From a virus (lineage: Duplodnaviria; Caudoviricetes), in the IMG/VR virus record IMGVR_UViG_3300037762_000191, positions 1-29,269 of that record: 29,269 bases of DNA. One strand, 5' to 3'. The notes under the pieces were generated by a model. It had not been told where the DNA came from, ran no database searches, and worked only from the letters and a program-made list of their open reading frames with translations. This document shows positions 6,880 to 15,300 of the stretch, piece by piece. Position 1 is the stretch's first letter; each line of letters opens with the position of its first letter. A program made the translations under genes and the position numbers.

Positions 6880-9542
6880 CAGGCCGTCACGACCGGGCGG
6901 GGTGCTTCATCGAAACCGACGACGATCCGCCGCCAATAGGCCACACCACCGTCCACGGCGGCCTTCGATTCCTTGGGCCATGACCGCGACTTGAATCGGA
7001 CATAACGCTGACCGCCCTCAGGGAACTGCAGCAGCAGGGTCCGCGGAGTGTGCAGCAGCGCCTGAACCTTGAGCCATGTTTCGTCGTTGTCGACGAAGAT
7101 TGAAGCTTGGCCGTTCTTCCCGGAGATCCAGTCCGAGACGGTCACCGGCCGCTTCCCGAACGGCTGCCGGTCGTTGGGGCGGACCGGATGGGCCTCGGTG
7201 AAGTCCTCGGAGATACTCTCGCCGAGCTCCTGGACGCGGACCAGAGTGTCCCAAGCGGGTTGCTGCGGATCCTTGAGGATCGCCTCCGTGCCCCCGAACG
7301 GGTCTATCGTGGTCGGCACGTAGGCGGTGTACGCGGAGCGGGCGAATGCGCCTTCGCCGGCGTCGACTTGGGTGGCGGCCCGGTACATGCGGATGACCCC
7401 AGGTGGCATCTCCCGGTCGTAGATGCGGGCGATGCCGTCCCGTTCGGAAGCCTGCAGCGCGGTCAGAGCGCCGCGCACCGGCAGCCAGTTCGGGATCATG
7501 AACGTGGACCGTTGCCACGCCGTCGCCGTGGAGCCTTCCTCAAGCTGGAACTGGTCGAGCAGATATTCGGCCAGGTCACCGTTCAGGTTCCGCAGTTCTC
7601 CGCGCATCCCGGCCGCACCCGCTGGGACCGTTATGGCTATCTGGTGCCGCACGAACGTGGTGCCGGTGGAGATGGTCGACCCAACCTGCGTTGAGCCGAC
7701 GGTGGCGCCGGTGGCGTCAATGGCGACTACCGCCAGGGCCACGTCGTGCGACCCGGAGATTGCGCGCACATATCCGGAGACGGTGTAAGTGCGGTCGGGC
7801 ACCCCCGGCAGAGTCGCCGTCGGCACCTCGGTCCACGAGTACGAGCCGACCGGGGTGCCGATGTCGAGGATCGAGCCGGTGGCGTCGCCGATGGTCCACC
7901 GGATGCACGCCTCGCCCTGTCGGGCCAGACCCGACCGGTCCAACGCGATCCGGTCCTCAGCGTTCCGCTTGAAGAAGCCGTGGTTCGGGTCGTTGTAGGC
8001 TTCGCCGCCGTCGGCGATGTTCGGGTTGATGATGTTCGTCGTATCTGAGGTCGGCATCGTCCAGTCGAGGAACTCGATCACGGTGCGGTCGACCCGCTCG
8101 AAGCCGATCGAGTCCTGCTTCTGCAGCCCGCCCGCCGTCCATGTCGTAGACGACCCGGTGTGCAGCGACACCTGGTCGACGTAATGAATCTCGGCTGCAC
8201 CCGCGGACAGCACTTCGACGACGATCCGCGCCAGCGACGTCCCCGCCGGGGCGGTGGCGGTGACGAACCCCTGCGTCCAGCCGCCGGTCGTGTCCGTGAC
8301 GTTCGACCCAGTCGACGTCGACACCAGGACTCCGGCATTGTCCAGCCACTGGATCAGCACCCGGCAGGACTGGCCGGTGGTACCAGCCCGAAACGACGCC
8401 AGGGCGGTGTACTGCTGCCCCACGGTGATCGGGTAGCCGAACACGCCACCCACAGTGATCGCGGACATGTTCGCCGCGGCGGTGGCGGTCATCTGCATCG
8501 ACCAGATGCCGTCGAGGGCCTGCGTGTTGGATCGGACCACGGTCACGTTCGCGTTCGCCGTCCAGGTGCCGATCAGCGTCTCGAAGGAGGCGTCGTCGGC
8601 GGTGAGCAGGTTTAGCTTCGTGTCCACCGTAAGCAGGTTCCGCAGCGACGGGACGGCGGTCTCCGGGGTGACGGTCAGCGTCGGCGTCGGCGGCGCAACG
8701 TAGGCCATCGTGAAGTTCGACGACGGCGAGAACGACGTCCACCAGTCGGTGTTGTTGAAATCTGACGCCGCCCGCACATACGCCTTGTAGGTGATCCCGT
8801 TGACCAGCGACTTGGTGGCGACCGCATTCTCCGCAGCCGAGCGCACCAGACCCGAGTCCCACTCCGCCTGTGTCGTCGCCGCATCGAACCCGGCGGCGGT
8901 GGTCTGCGCCAGCGTGAAAATCTTCACCTGATAGGACCGCTGCGGGTCCTCGTCGACGTTCGTGTTGTACGTCCACGACACCGTTGGCCGCGCCGACGTG
9001 GTGTGCCCAGTGACGGTCAGCCCTGAGATCGACACCTGGGTGTGGATGTCGACGTCGGCCCACAGTTCCTGGATGTGCGGGAAGAGTGCCGAATGGTCAA
9101 CGTTGTTGTAGCTGACCAGGAAGAAGGTCATCCGGTTGACGATCTCCTGAGTCCAGACACCCTGCGGCGCAGTGGTCCACCAGCCGAATGTCTGCGTCGT
9201 CTCGGCGGTCGTGTTCGTCCTGATCCACTGAGCGGTCACCGACCGCTGTGGAATCGGGTCATGCAGGGTGATCGTCGCCAGTTGCACCCCGCCGCCTGCG
9301 CCGTTCTTGGCGTAGCGGACGCGGACTCGGCAACGCATGACACGCTGCGTCGCCGACACGCTGACGTCACCGGCAGCGATCCGGCAGTAGTAGCCGGAGA
9401 GCGGATACCCGACATTGCCGCGAATGTAGGTGGAGTCGGCGTCGTCCGACGTCGGCGTGTGCAGATCCAGCGTGCCCTCGGGTGTCTTCCGCCACGACCC
9501 GTTATGAACGGTGGCGTTCGGGCGGATGGTGGTGATCGCCAT
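6879..9542 (-). CDS. Minor tail protein (Dit-like position) with FN3-like and two carbohydrate-binding-module-like domains
   Basis: Immediately follows the TMP. Two CBM-like units: NLLTADDASFE...YTALASFRA...YVDQVSL and NIINPN...YTVSGYVRA...LDQFQLEEGSTATAW. Confidence 0.78.
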   Translation of the reverse strand: MAITTIRPNATVHNGSWRKTPEGTLDLHTPTSDDADSTYIRGNVGYPLSGYYCRIAAGDVSVSATQRVMRCRVRVRYAKNGAGGGVQLATITLHDPIPQRSVTAQWIRTNTTAETTQTFGWWTTAPQGVWTQEIVNRMTFFLVSYNNVDHSALFPHIQELWADVDIHTQVSISGLTVTGHTTSARPTVSWTYNTNVDEDPQRSYQVKIFTLAQTTAAGFDAATTQAEWDSGLVRSAAENAVATKSLVNGITYKAYVRAASDFNNTDWWTSFSPSSNFTMAYVAPPTPTLTVTPETAVPSLRNLLTVDTKLNLLTADDASFETLIGTWTANANVTVVRSNTQALDGIWSMQMTATAAANMSAITVGGVFGYPITVGQQYTALASFRAGTTGQSCRVLIQWLDNAGVLVSTSTGSNVTDTTGGWTQGFVTATAPAGTSLARIVVEVLSAGAAEIHYVDQVSLHTGSSTTWTAGGLQKQDSIGFERVDRTVIEFLDWTMPTSDTTNIINPNIADGGEAYNDPNHGFFKRNAEDRIALDRSGLARQGEACIRWTIGDATGSILDIGTPVGSYSWTEVPTATLPGVPDRTYTVSGYVRAISGSHDVALAVVAIDATGATVGSTQVGSTISTGTTFVRHQIAITVPAGAAGMRGELRNLNGDLAEYLLDQFQLEEGSTATAWQRSTFMIPNWLPVRGALTALQASERDGIARIYDREMPPGVIRMYRAATQVDAGEGAFARSAYTAYVPTTIDPFGGTEAILKDPQQPAWDTLVRVQELGESISEDFTEAHPVRPNDRQPFGKRPVTVSDWISGKNGQASIFVDNDETWLKVQALLHTPRTLLLQFPEGGQRYVRFKSRSWPKESKAAVDGGVAYWRRIVVGFDEAPRPVVTA

Positions 9543-12082
9543 CAGGCCCGCCCCCCGCGGCGCTGCTGCGCCTGGTATTCGGTCATCACACCGCGGGCCG
9601 AGGCGACGCCGATCTGCTCCATGACCGTGCGGAGCATCGGGATCTGCGCCTCTAGGCTGGAAATCTCATTGTTGACGACAATCTGCGCCCCGCTGCCATT
9701 GCTGCGGCCGGAGTTGATGGCCTCGAGCAGGCCCCGATTGGCGGCGGTGGCGGCGGCGTTGACGATGTATTCGCCGCCGTGTGCGTTGATCGGCACCGGC
9801 GCCCCGACCGGGCCGCCGATGGCGCCGCCCTTGGCGAAGTTCCGCAGCAGGTGCAGGTGCGGGCCGGTGGAGTTGCCGGTGTTCCCGGACCAGCCGATCA
9901 GCGCACCGGTGGGGACGAACCCGTCGCCGCGGGCGAACCGGGACAGGTGCGCCCCGAGCTCGTATTTTCCGCCGCCGCGCAGCGTGTAGTACATGCCGTA
10001 GGAGCGGTTGCCCAGGTTGGTGTTGTCGAGGTAGCCGGGGAAGGTGGCCCGCAGCGGGGTGCCGACTGGCATCCCGTAGTCGATGGCGCCGCCGTCATGC
10101 GGCCCTTGGGTTCTGGGATAGCTGCCGAGGAACGGCATCCCGCCGGGCCTGGTGGAGCCGGAGGTGAAGAACCCGCCGAGTCCGCCGATGCCGCCGGTGG
10201 CGCGGATGGTGACGGGGATGGTCTGGGTCAGGTCCTTGATTAGTCTCTGCCAGGAGGCGACTTTGACCCGGGCGGCCGAGTCCACGAACCGGGGCGTGGT
10301 GACCGGCGCCTTCGGGATCAGCAGGATCTGGTCGGCGTAATCCTCCGCGTCTTGCTCCGACATGCCGAATCGTATGCCGGTGGCGATCAGCGCCCGACGC
10401 ATCTGCGCTTGGGCATCCTCGGTGTTCTCCCCCGCTGCGACCATGTCCTCGAGCATCCGCACAGCCGCGTCGGCCATCCGGTCGAGGGCTTCCTCGTTGT
10501 CGCGGCCCTTCTGGCTGGAGATGTCGAGGGTGCGGCCGTTTTCGTCCAACGCCACCGCGGCGTCGTCGATGGCCTGCTCCCAGTCCCGGGCGGCGTCCCG
10601 ACCGGACAGGAACTGGTCCGCCAGGTCGAACGCTTCCTGGCGCATCTCGTCGGTCTCCTCGGCCAACGCGGCAGTTGCGGCGGCGGTGGTCTCCAATGTT
10701 GACGAATACCGGTCGGCGGCCGCATGGTCGCGTAGTAACTCGGTGCGGAGCAGGGCCGACTGCTGCTCCTGGCGCTCCATCTCGTCGGTGGTCTCGGAGA
10801 CGACGTCGGGCAGTTCCAGCCAACTCGGCAGCAGGTCGTTGATGGCGTCCTCGACGTCACCGATGGCGGGCAGGTATCTGGTCTCCCAGATCTCGATTTC
10901 CTCGTTGAGGGTGGCGATCCAGTCCTCGGAGCCCTGAATTAGTCCACGCAGCGGCCCCTCGCCAGCCCCGCCGCCGGTGATCAGCAGCTTTTCCAGTTCC
11001 CCGCCCAATCGCTCCAGGTCGCCGGCCAGGTTGTCGGTCCGCCTCGCGGCCTGTTCGGCGGCGTAACCGGAGTCGTCGACCGCTCCGGTCCAAGCCTTAA
11101 TCCCCCCCGCGCCCTGTTCGTAGAGCACGTTGGCGGCACGGATGGCGTCGTTGCCGAAGATGGTCGCCAGCGCGGCGTTCCGCTGCTCTTGCGTCAACCC
11201 ACCCAGTTGCGTCTGCAACTGCCCGGCCAGTGCCTCCATCCCGACGAACGCGCCCTGCGCGTCGTAGGCGGACAGGCCCAGCTCCTCCATCAGTTCGCGG
11301 GCCTTGCCGGTCGGGTTCGCCAGCCGGATCAGCATCGTCCGGAACGAGGTGCCAGCGTCGGAGCCGATCAGCCCGGTCGACGCGAACGCCGCCAGGGTGC
11401 CGGTGGTCTCCTCGATCGACAGGCCCATCATCGCGGCGACCTGGGCGGTCTGGTTGAACGCCATCGCCATCTCGTCGACCGAACCCTGCGCCTTGCCCGC
11501 GGCGGCGGCGAACAGGTCCGCCACATGCGGCAGATCACGCCCGGACAGGCCGAAGGTCGTCATCGCGGAAGCGGCGATCTCGCCGGCCTCGGCGACCTCG
11601 ATCTCACCGGCAGCAGCCAGGTCGAGCGCACCCTTGAGCCCGCCGCCGACGATGTCCGCAGTCTCCAGCCCGGCCTTGGAGAGGGACTCGATGCCACGGG
11701 CCGCGTCAATGGCGCCGAACTTGGTTTCCGCCGCGGCCTTCATCGCTGTGTCGCCCAGCTGTTCGAGCTCGCCCCCGGTGGCGCCGGTGGAGGCAGCCAC
11801 GGCATCCATGGCCACGTCGAACTCGGCGAACCGCTTCACCGAGGCAGCGACGGCCAGACCGACCCCGGCGAACGCCGTCCCGCCGACCATGGCAAGGGCG
11901 CCGAACTTCCCCGGCAGCATCCCCACCGTCTGGCCCAGCTTGGTGGTCTTCGCGGTGGAAGATGTCAGCTGCGCGTCAGTACTGCGGGCGAACGCGGTGG
12001 TGGCCGCGGACGCCTTGCCCATGCTGGCGATGTAGGGGGTTACGAGGGCGTCGAGGCGGACGGACACGCTGCGCTGGGCCAT
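9542..12082 (-). CDS. Tape measure protein (TP901-like core) with C-terminal M23 peptidase domain
   Basis: Ala/Gly-rich helical core (GSDAGTSFRTML, IFGNDAIRAA) and M23 motifs HDGGAID...AHLS...GNTGNSTGPHLH. AGGAGG RBS before the ATG at 12082. Confidence 0.93.
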   Translation of the reverse strand: MAQRSVSVRLDALVTPYIASMGKASAATTAFARSTDAQLTSSTAKTTKLGQTVGMLPGKFGALAMVGGTAFAGVGLAVAASVKRFAEFDVAMDAVAASTGATGGELEQLGDTAMKAAAETKFGAIDAARGIESLSKAGLETADIVGGGLKGALDLAAAGEIEVAEAGEIAASAMTTFGLSGRDLPHVADLFAAAAGKAQGSVDEMAMAFNQTAQVAAMMGLSIEETTGTLAAFASTGLIGSDAGTSFRTMLIRLANPTGKARELMEELGLSAYDAQGAFVGMEALAGQLQTQLGGLTQEQRNAALATIFGNDAIRAANVLYEQGAGGIKAWTGAVDDSGYAAEQAARRTDNLAGDLERLGGELEKLLITGGGAGEGPLRGLIQGSEDWIATLNEEIEIWETRYLPAIGDVEDAINDLLPSWLELPDVVSETTDEMERQEQQSALLRTELLRDHAAADRYSSTLETTAAATAALAEETDEMRQEAFDLADQFLSGRDAARDWEQAIDDAAVALDENGRTLDISSQKGRDNEEALDRMADAAVRMLEDMVAAGENTEDAQAQMRRALIATGIRFGMSEQDAEDYADQILLIPKAPVTTPRFVDSAARVKVASWQRLIKDLTQTIPVTIRATGGIGGLGGFFTSGSTRPGGMPFLGSYPRTQGPHDGGAIDYGMPVGTPLRATFPGYLDNTNLGNRSYGMYYTLRGGGKYELGAHLSRFARGDGFVPTGALIGWSGNTGNSTGPHLHLLRNFAKGGAIGGPVGAPVPINAHGGEYIVNAAATAANRGLLEAINSGRSNGSGAQIVVNNEISSLEAQIPMLRTVMEQIGVASARGVMTEYQAQQRRGGRA

Positions 12083-12438
12083 CACACCTCCTGACGCAGT
12101 TCGGCCCGGTACATCAGGGCCTCCGAATGCTCGGCCTTCCTGTTCGCCTCAATCGCTATCGCGGTCCGCGCGTGGCAGCGGGCCATATGCACGTCGAACC
12201 GGCCTTCGTTCTCCGGCGCCTGCGACACCTCGACCAGATGCCCGCAGCCGCAGGGGCACAGCATCCGCCGGTACTCGTCGAGGGCGAGCATCCAGCCGCG
12301 TTCCTGCTCGTCCCACTCCGACTCCCCGTCGGTTGGGGTCCAGCCTTGGAACCGTCTCAGACTGATGCCGAGTCGTTCGGCGGCTTCGACGTCTCGTCGG
12401 AGCCTGGGGAGATCGACGAGTCGGCGGGCAAGAAAGGG
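12082..12438 (-). CDS. Tail assembly chaperone, -1 frameshift extension (gpT-like portion)
   Basis: Open frame overlapping the chaperone 3' end and lacking a good start of its own. Entered at CCCTTTC; contains CPCGCGH...CHAR; ends at the TMP start. Confidence 0.75.
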   Translation of the reverse strand, partial: PFLARRLVDLPRLRRDVEAAERLGISLRRFQGWTPTDGESEWDEQERGWMLALDEYRRMLCPCGCGHLVEVSQAPENEGRFDVHMARCHARTAIAIEANRKAEHSEALMYRAELRQEV

Positions 12439-12869
12439 ACGATCACTGCGTGCGTGTTGACCAATTGCACACGGCCGCAGACCTTGTCCCATTCCCCTTC
12501 GCTGATGACCGCGTCCAGCTTCTCGTACTGGTCACGGGTCAGATCCGGCAAACACAGCGGGACAACAGCGGCGTAGAAGGAGGACGTGTTGAAGCCCTCG
12601 CGCTTGTCGTTGGCGTTGCCTTCTCGGGGCGGATTGTCGACGACCAGCTTGTCCCATTGACGATGTGGGATGGCGCGAACACGGGTCGTCAGCGTGGCCG
12701 CGTGCATCTGCCGCACCAGATCGTCCAGCTCGGCCTCATCCTCCGGTGATCGTTCGGCCTGCTGTTGCAAGTCGATACGTCGGTGGACGATGACAGGCGA
12801 GCCGAGGTAGATCTCGACCGGTAGTTCGGCGCGTTGCGCATTGGCCAGCAGGGCGTTGACGTCGGTCAT
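12357..12869 (-). CDS. Tail assembly chaperone (gpG-like), 170 aa
   Basis: ATGA-coupled start at 12869 (MTDVNALL). Lies upstream of the TMP with a slippery site near its 3' end. Confidence 0.82.
   Translation of the reverse strand: MTDVNALLANAQRAELPVEIYLGSPVIVHRRIDLQQQAERSPEDEAELDDLVRQMHAATLTTRVRAIPHRQWDKLVVDNPPREGNANDKREGFNTSSFYAAVVPLCLPDLTRDQYEKLDAVISEGEWDKVCGRVQLVNTHAVIVPFLPADSSISPGSDETSKPPNDSASV
12432..12438 (-). promoter_or_regulatory. Programmed -1 ribosomal frameshift heptamer C CCT TTC
   Basis: X XXY YYZ pattern in register with the chaperone frame (Pro-Phe). A -1 slip gives CCC TTT in the downstream open frame. Confidence 0.8.
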
Positions 12870-13177
12870 AGCGGCACGACCCGGGTGGCGTCGCACTGGG
12901 TGCATGCCTGCGGATCGTCGGGATCGCTTACGGTGCGCAGGCTGACCCATTCGTGCTCGTGCGGCGCAGGCGTGCCGGTCGTGACCTTGACGCCTTCCAG
13001 CGTCGTCACGACGTCGAGCAGGCGCGCGTCGCCAGCACGCTCGATGTACATGCGAACAACGTTCTGCATCTTGGCGTCGATGACGACGCGCTGGATGGAC
13101 TCGTCCTCCCGGAATACACCCGCCGCGACGAGCGCCTTCCAGAACTTGGCCGTGGTAATGACACGTGGATGATCCAT
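12866..13177 (-). CDS. Hypothetical protein (103 aa) with C-terminal HxHxW...CxxC motif
   Basis: GGGAGA RBS before the ATG at 13177. Stop overlaps the chaperone ATG. Confidence 0.68.
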   Translation of the reverse strand: MDHPRVITTAKFWKALVAAGVFREDESIQRVVIDAKMQNVVRMYIERAGDARLLDVVTTLEGVKVTTGTPAPHEHEWVSLRTVSDPDDPQACTQCDATRVVPL

Positions 13178-13183
13178 GGTTTC

Positions 13184-13204
13184 TCCCAGCAGATTCCCAG
13201 CAGA
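13184..13204. repeat. Tandem 10-nt direct repeat TCCCAGCAGA x2, complementary to the terminator loop
   Basis: Copies at 13184-13193 and 13195-13204, a partial copy at 13248-13254, and the inverted copy CTGCTGGG at 13227-13234. Confidence 0.85.
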
Positions 13205-13206
13205 CG

Positions 13207-13250
13207 AAAAGAGGGCGGGCGCGGTCCTGCTGGGGAAACCGCGCCCGCCC
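13207..13250 (-). terminator. Intrinsic terminator/attenuator after the major tail gene
   Basis: Perfect 13-bp stem GGGCGGGCGCGGT/ACCGCGCCCGCCC with a 12-nt loop, followed by TCTTTT on the minus strand. Confidence 0.8.
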
Positions 13251-13265
13251 AGCAATAGGAGGAGA

Positions 13266-13745
13266 TCAGGTGGTCGTCGCGCGCAGGTTCGGCTCCGGGG
13301 AGATGAACACCGGCACCAGGTATTTCTGCACCGAGTTCGGCTCCGGATCCTGGTTCTGCACCTCGCCGCACACCACCGGGTACACCTCCACCACCTGCGA
13401 CGCAGCCCACGCCGTCGACGCGGTGACGCCACGGCGGACCACGATGTTCGTGGAGAACTCCCGGATCAGCGTGTTGTAGGTGGTGTCCGTGCCGGACTGC
13501 TTCTTGAGCATGAGTCCGGTGTTGGTGTAGTCGGTGCGGCCCGGCGCCTTCGTGTTGAACGTCGACGACAGCGCCGAGGTGTCCACCGCCGCGGTCTCCG
13601 GGGCGAACCCGCGCAGGCCGTCCGCGGTGAGCACGTCGTGGAGCAGGGTGCCGGCGTTGAGCTCGGCGGTGGTGGGGGCGTTGCGGTTGGAGATCGACGT
13701 GACGAATGCGACCCTCGTCTTGCCGTCGATGATGATGTCGGCCAT
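13266..13745 (-). CDS. Major tail (tube) protein
   Basis: DGKTRVAFV...APTTAELNAG...YPVVCGE pattern typical of actinophage tail tubes. AAGGAG RBS; followed by a terminator and the chaperones. Confidence 0.85.
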   Translation of the reverse strand: MADIIIDGKTRVAFVTSISNRNAPTTAELNAGTLLHDVLTADGLRGFAPETAAVDTSALSSTFNTKAPGRTDYTNTGLMLKKQSGTDTTYNTLIREFSTNIVVRRGVTASTAWAASQVVEVYPVVCGEVQNQDPEPNSVQKYLVPVFISPEPNLRATTT

Positions 13746-14102
13746 CTACTTCTCCTTCGTGTCGTCACCGACGGGTTCCGCGCCGGCCTTCTTGCCGGCA
13801 GGCTTCCTCTTGGGAGACCTCAGGGCGGCTACGGATTCCCAACCCTGATCACGCAGCGGGCCAGCCGCTTCGATCGGGAAGCGGCCATATCCGCCGGTCT
13901 CGCGGTGCTGCAGGTTCACCCAGCCCTGGCCGTGGTCGTCGACCTCGTCCGGCTCGATGGTGGCCGCCGGCGGTGTGGCGTCCGGGGCTTCGGTGACAAC
14001 CCAGCCGCGGGCCTTCTGCACGGCGACCACGGACGGGTCGTTGGGGAACCGCTGCGGCGGCGCCTCGGTGTCCGGGTGGTCCAGCCACACCCACTCGCCC
14101 AT
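13746..14102 (-). CDS. Hypothetical protein (118 aa) with an internally duplicated WVxLxH..T...RFP...GW module
   Basis: TGATG-coupled ATG at 14102, two similar ~32-aa units and a Lys-rich tail. Confidence 0.75.
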   Translation of the reverse strand: MGEWVWLDHPDTEAPPQRFPNDPSVVAVQKARGWVVTEAPDATPPAATIEPDEVDDHGQGWVNLQHRETGGYGRFPIEAAGPLRDQGWESVAALRSPKRKPAGKKAGAEPVGDDTKEK

Positions 14103-14425
14103 CAGTGCCTCACCAGCGCGGCGGTCACGTTGGTCTGGTTGGAGAACGTGACCGTGATGAGCCCGGTCGCCGGGTCGGCCAGGTCGGGGACAAGGCCGCC
14201 GATGTGGTACCGCTTGTTGGTCACAGCAGACCCGACGACTACATCGGCGCGGGCCTGCCCATAGGCGGTGCCGGGGACGACGACGGTGACGGTGGTGGAG
14301 GTGGCGCCAATGACCACCTCGTACACGACATCCACGTCGGGGACGATGGTCTCCGATGCGGAGGGTGCGGCGAAGACGACTTCGGTGCCTGTGATGGCCG
14401 CGGTTTGGGGGGCAACGAGCGCCAT
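14102..14425 (-). CDS. Hypothetical virion-associated beta-sandwich protein (107 aa)
   Basis: GAGGAGG RBS, beta-rich sequence, located within the tail module. Confidence 0.75.
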   Translation of the reverse strand: MALVAPQTAAITGTEVVFAAPSASETIVPDVDVVYEVVIGATSTTVTVVVPGTAYGQARADVVVGSAVTNKRYHIGGLVPDLADPATGLITVTFSNQTNVTAALVRH

Positions 14426-14461
14426 GCGACGCCTCCTCGGCGTGTGGTGTTGGGTGGGATG

Positions 14462-14833
14462 TCAGACGAGGCGTCTTGGTCCGAATGTGGCTTGGGCCAC
14501 CCGGTCGGCGACCTTGTCGGGCAGATCCGTCTCGGCGGCGATCGCCGGCTCCATGAACGGGTAGGCGGGCATCTTCTTCGTGCCCCGCTCCAGGAACCGG
14601 CCCACGAACCACGTCGGGCCGACCTCGTAGGTCATGCCCTTGTTCTTCACGCCGTAGGTGATCGAGTGCGCGGTCTTCCCGGTCAGCTTGTGGACCTTGT
14701 CCCGGCCGCGGGCTCGAACCCGCTTGGCCGCCTCCCGCAGTTCCGGGGTCACCGTCTGCCGCACGTTCGTCCCGGCCCGCGCCAGCTCGGCGGCCAGCAA
14801 CTGCACCTGCCGGGTGTCCGCTTTGACGATCAT
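14462..14833 (-). CDS. HK97 gp10-family tail completion protein
   Basis: TGKTAHSI...EVGP...FLERGTKKMPAYPFMEPA signature. Confidence 0.85.
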   Translation of the reverse strand: MIVKADTRQVQLLAAELARAGTNVRQTVTPELREAAKRVRARGRDKVHKLTGKTAHSITYGVKNKGMTYEVGPTWFVGRFLERGTKKMPAYPFMEPAIAAETDLPDKVADRVAQATFGPRRLV

Positions 14834-15300
14834 CAGATGCTGGACTGGTAGGCGACGATGAACAGGACGATCACCGCGAGTCCCTCGCCGTCCTGGACGA
14901 TCCGCAGCCGGGTCTGGACGATCTTCACCTGTAGGGCGATCTCGCTAAACAGCGACGGGTTGTCCCGCAGTGCGTCCTCGCAGGCGCCGACGATCTCGTA
15001 CGTGCGGGCGATCGTGGTCTCCACGGCGTCCTGGTCGCCGGTCCACACCGACGCGGCGCAGTCGACGGTGCCGTCCTCGGTCCGCGACATATCGCCCAGG
15101 CCGGGCCACTCGATCTCGGCGCGGACGATGTCCTCGTTGCCCAGGTCGGCGCCACCGTCACTGGCTACGAAGACGTTTTCGAGGTCGCCGGCAGGGAGGA
15201 TCTCCCAGCCCTTCGACACGACAACCCCGTCGAGCGCGGCGGCTGCGCTGAACACCGTCTTGAGGCCGTTGATGACAGCGAGGGCTTGTTGGGTGGACAT
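14833..15300 (-). CDS. Putative tail terminator / neck protein (155 aa)
   Basis: Position, size and acidic alpha/beta pattern (CEDALRDNPSL). Confidence 0.62.
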   Translation of the reverse strand: MSTQQALAVINGLKTVFSAAAALDGVVVSKGWEILPAGDLENVFVASDGGADLGNEDIVRAEIEWPGLGDMSRTEDGTVDCAASVWTGDQDAVETTIARTYEIVGACEDALRDNPSLFSEIALQVKIVQTRLRIVQDGEGLAVIVLFIVAYQSSI

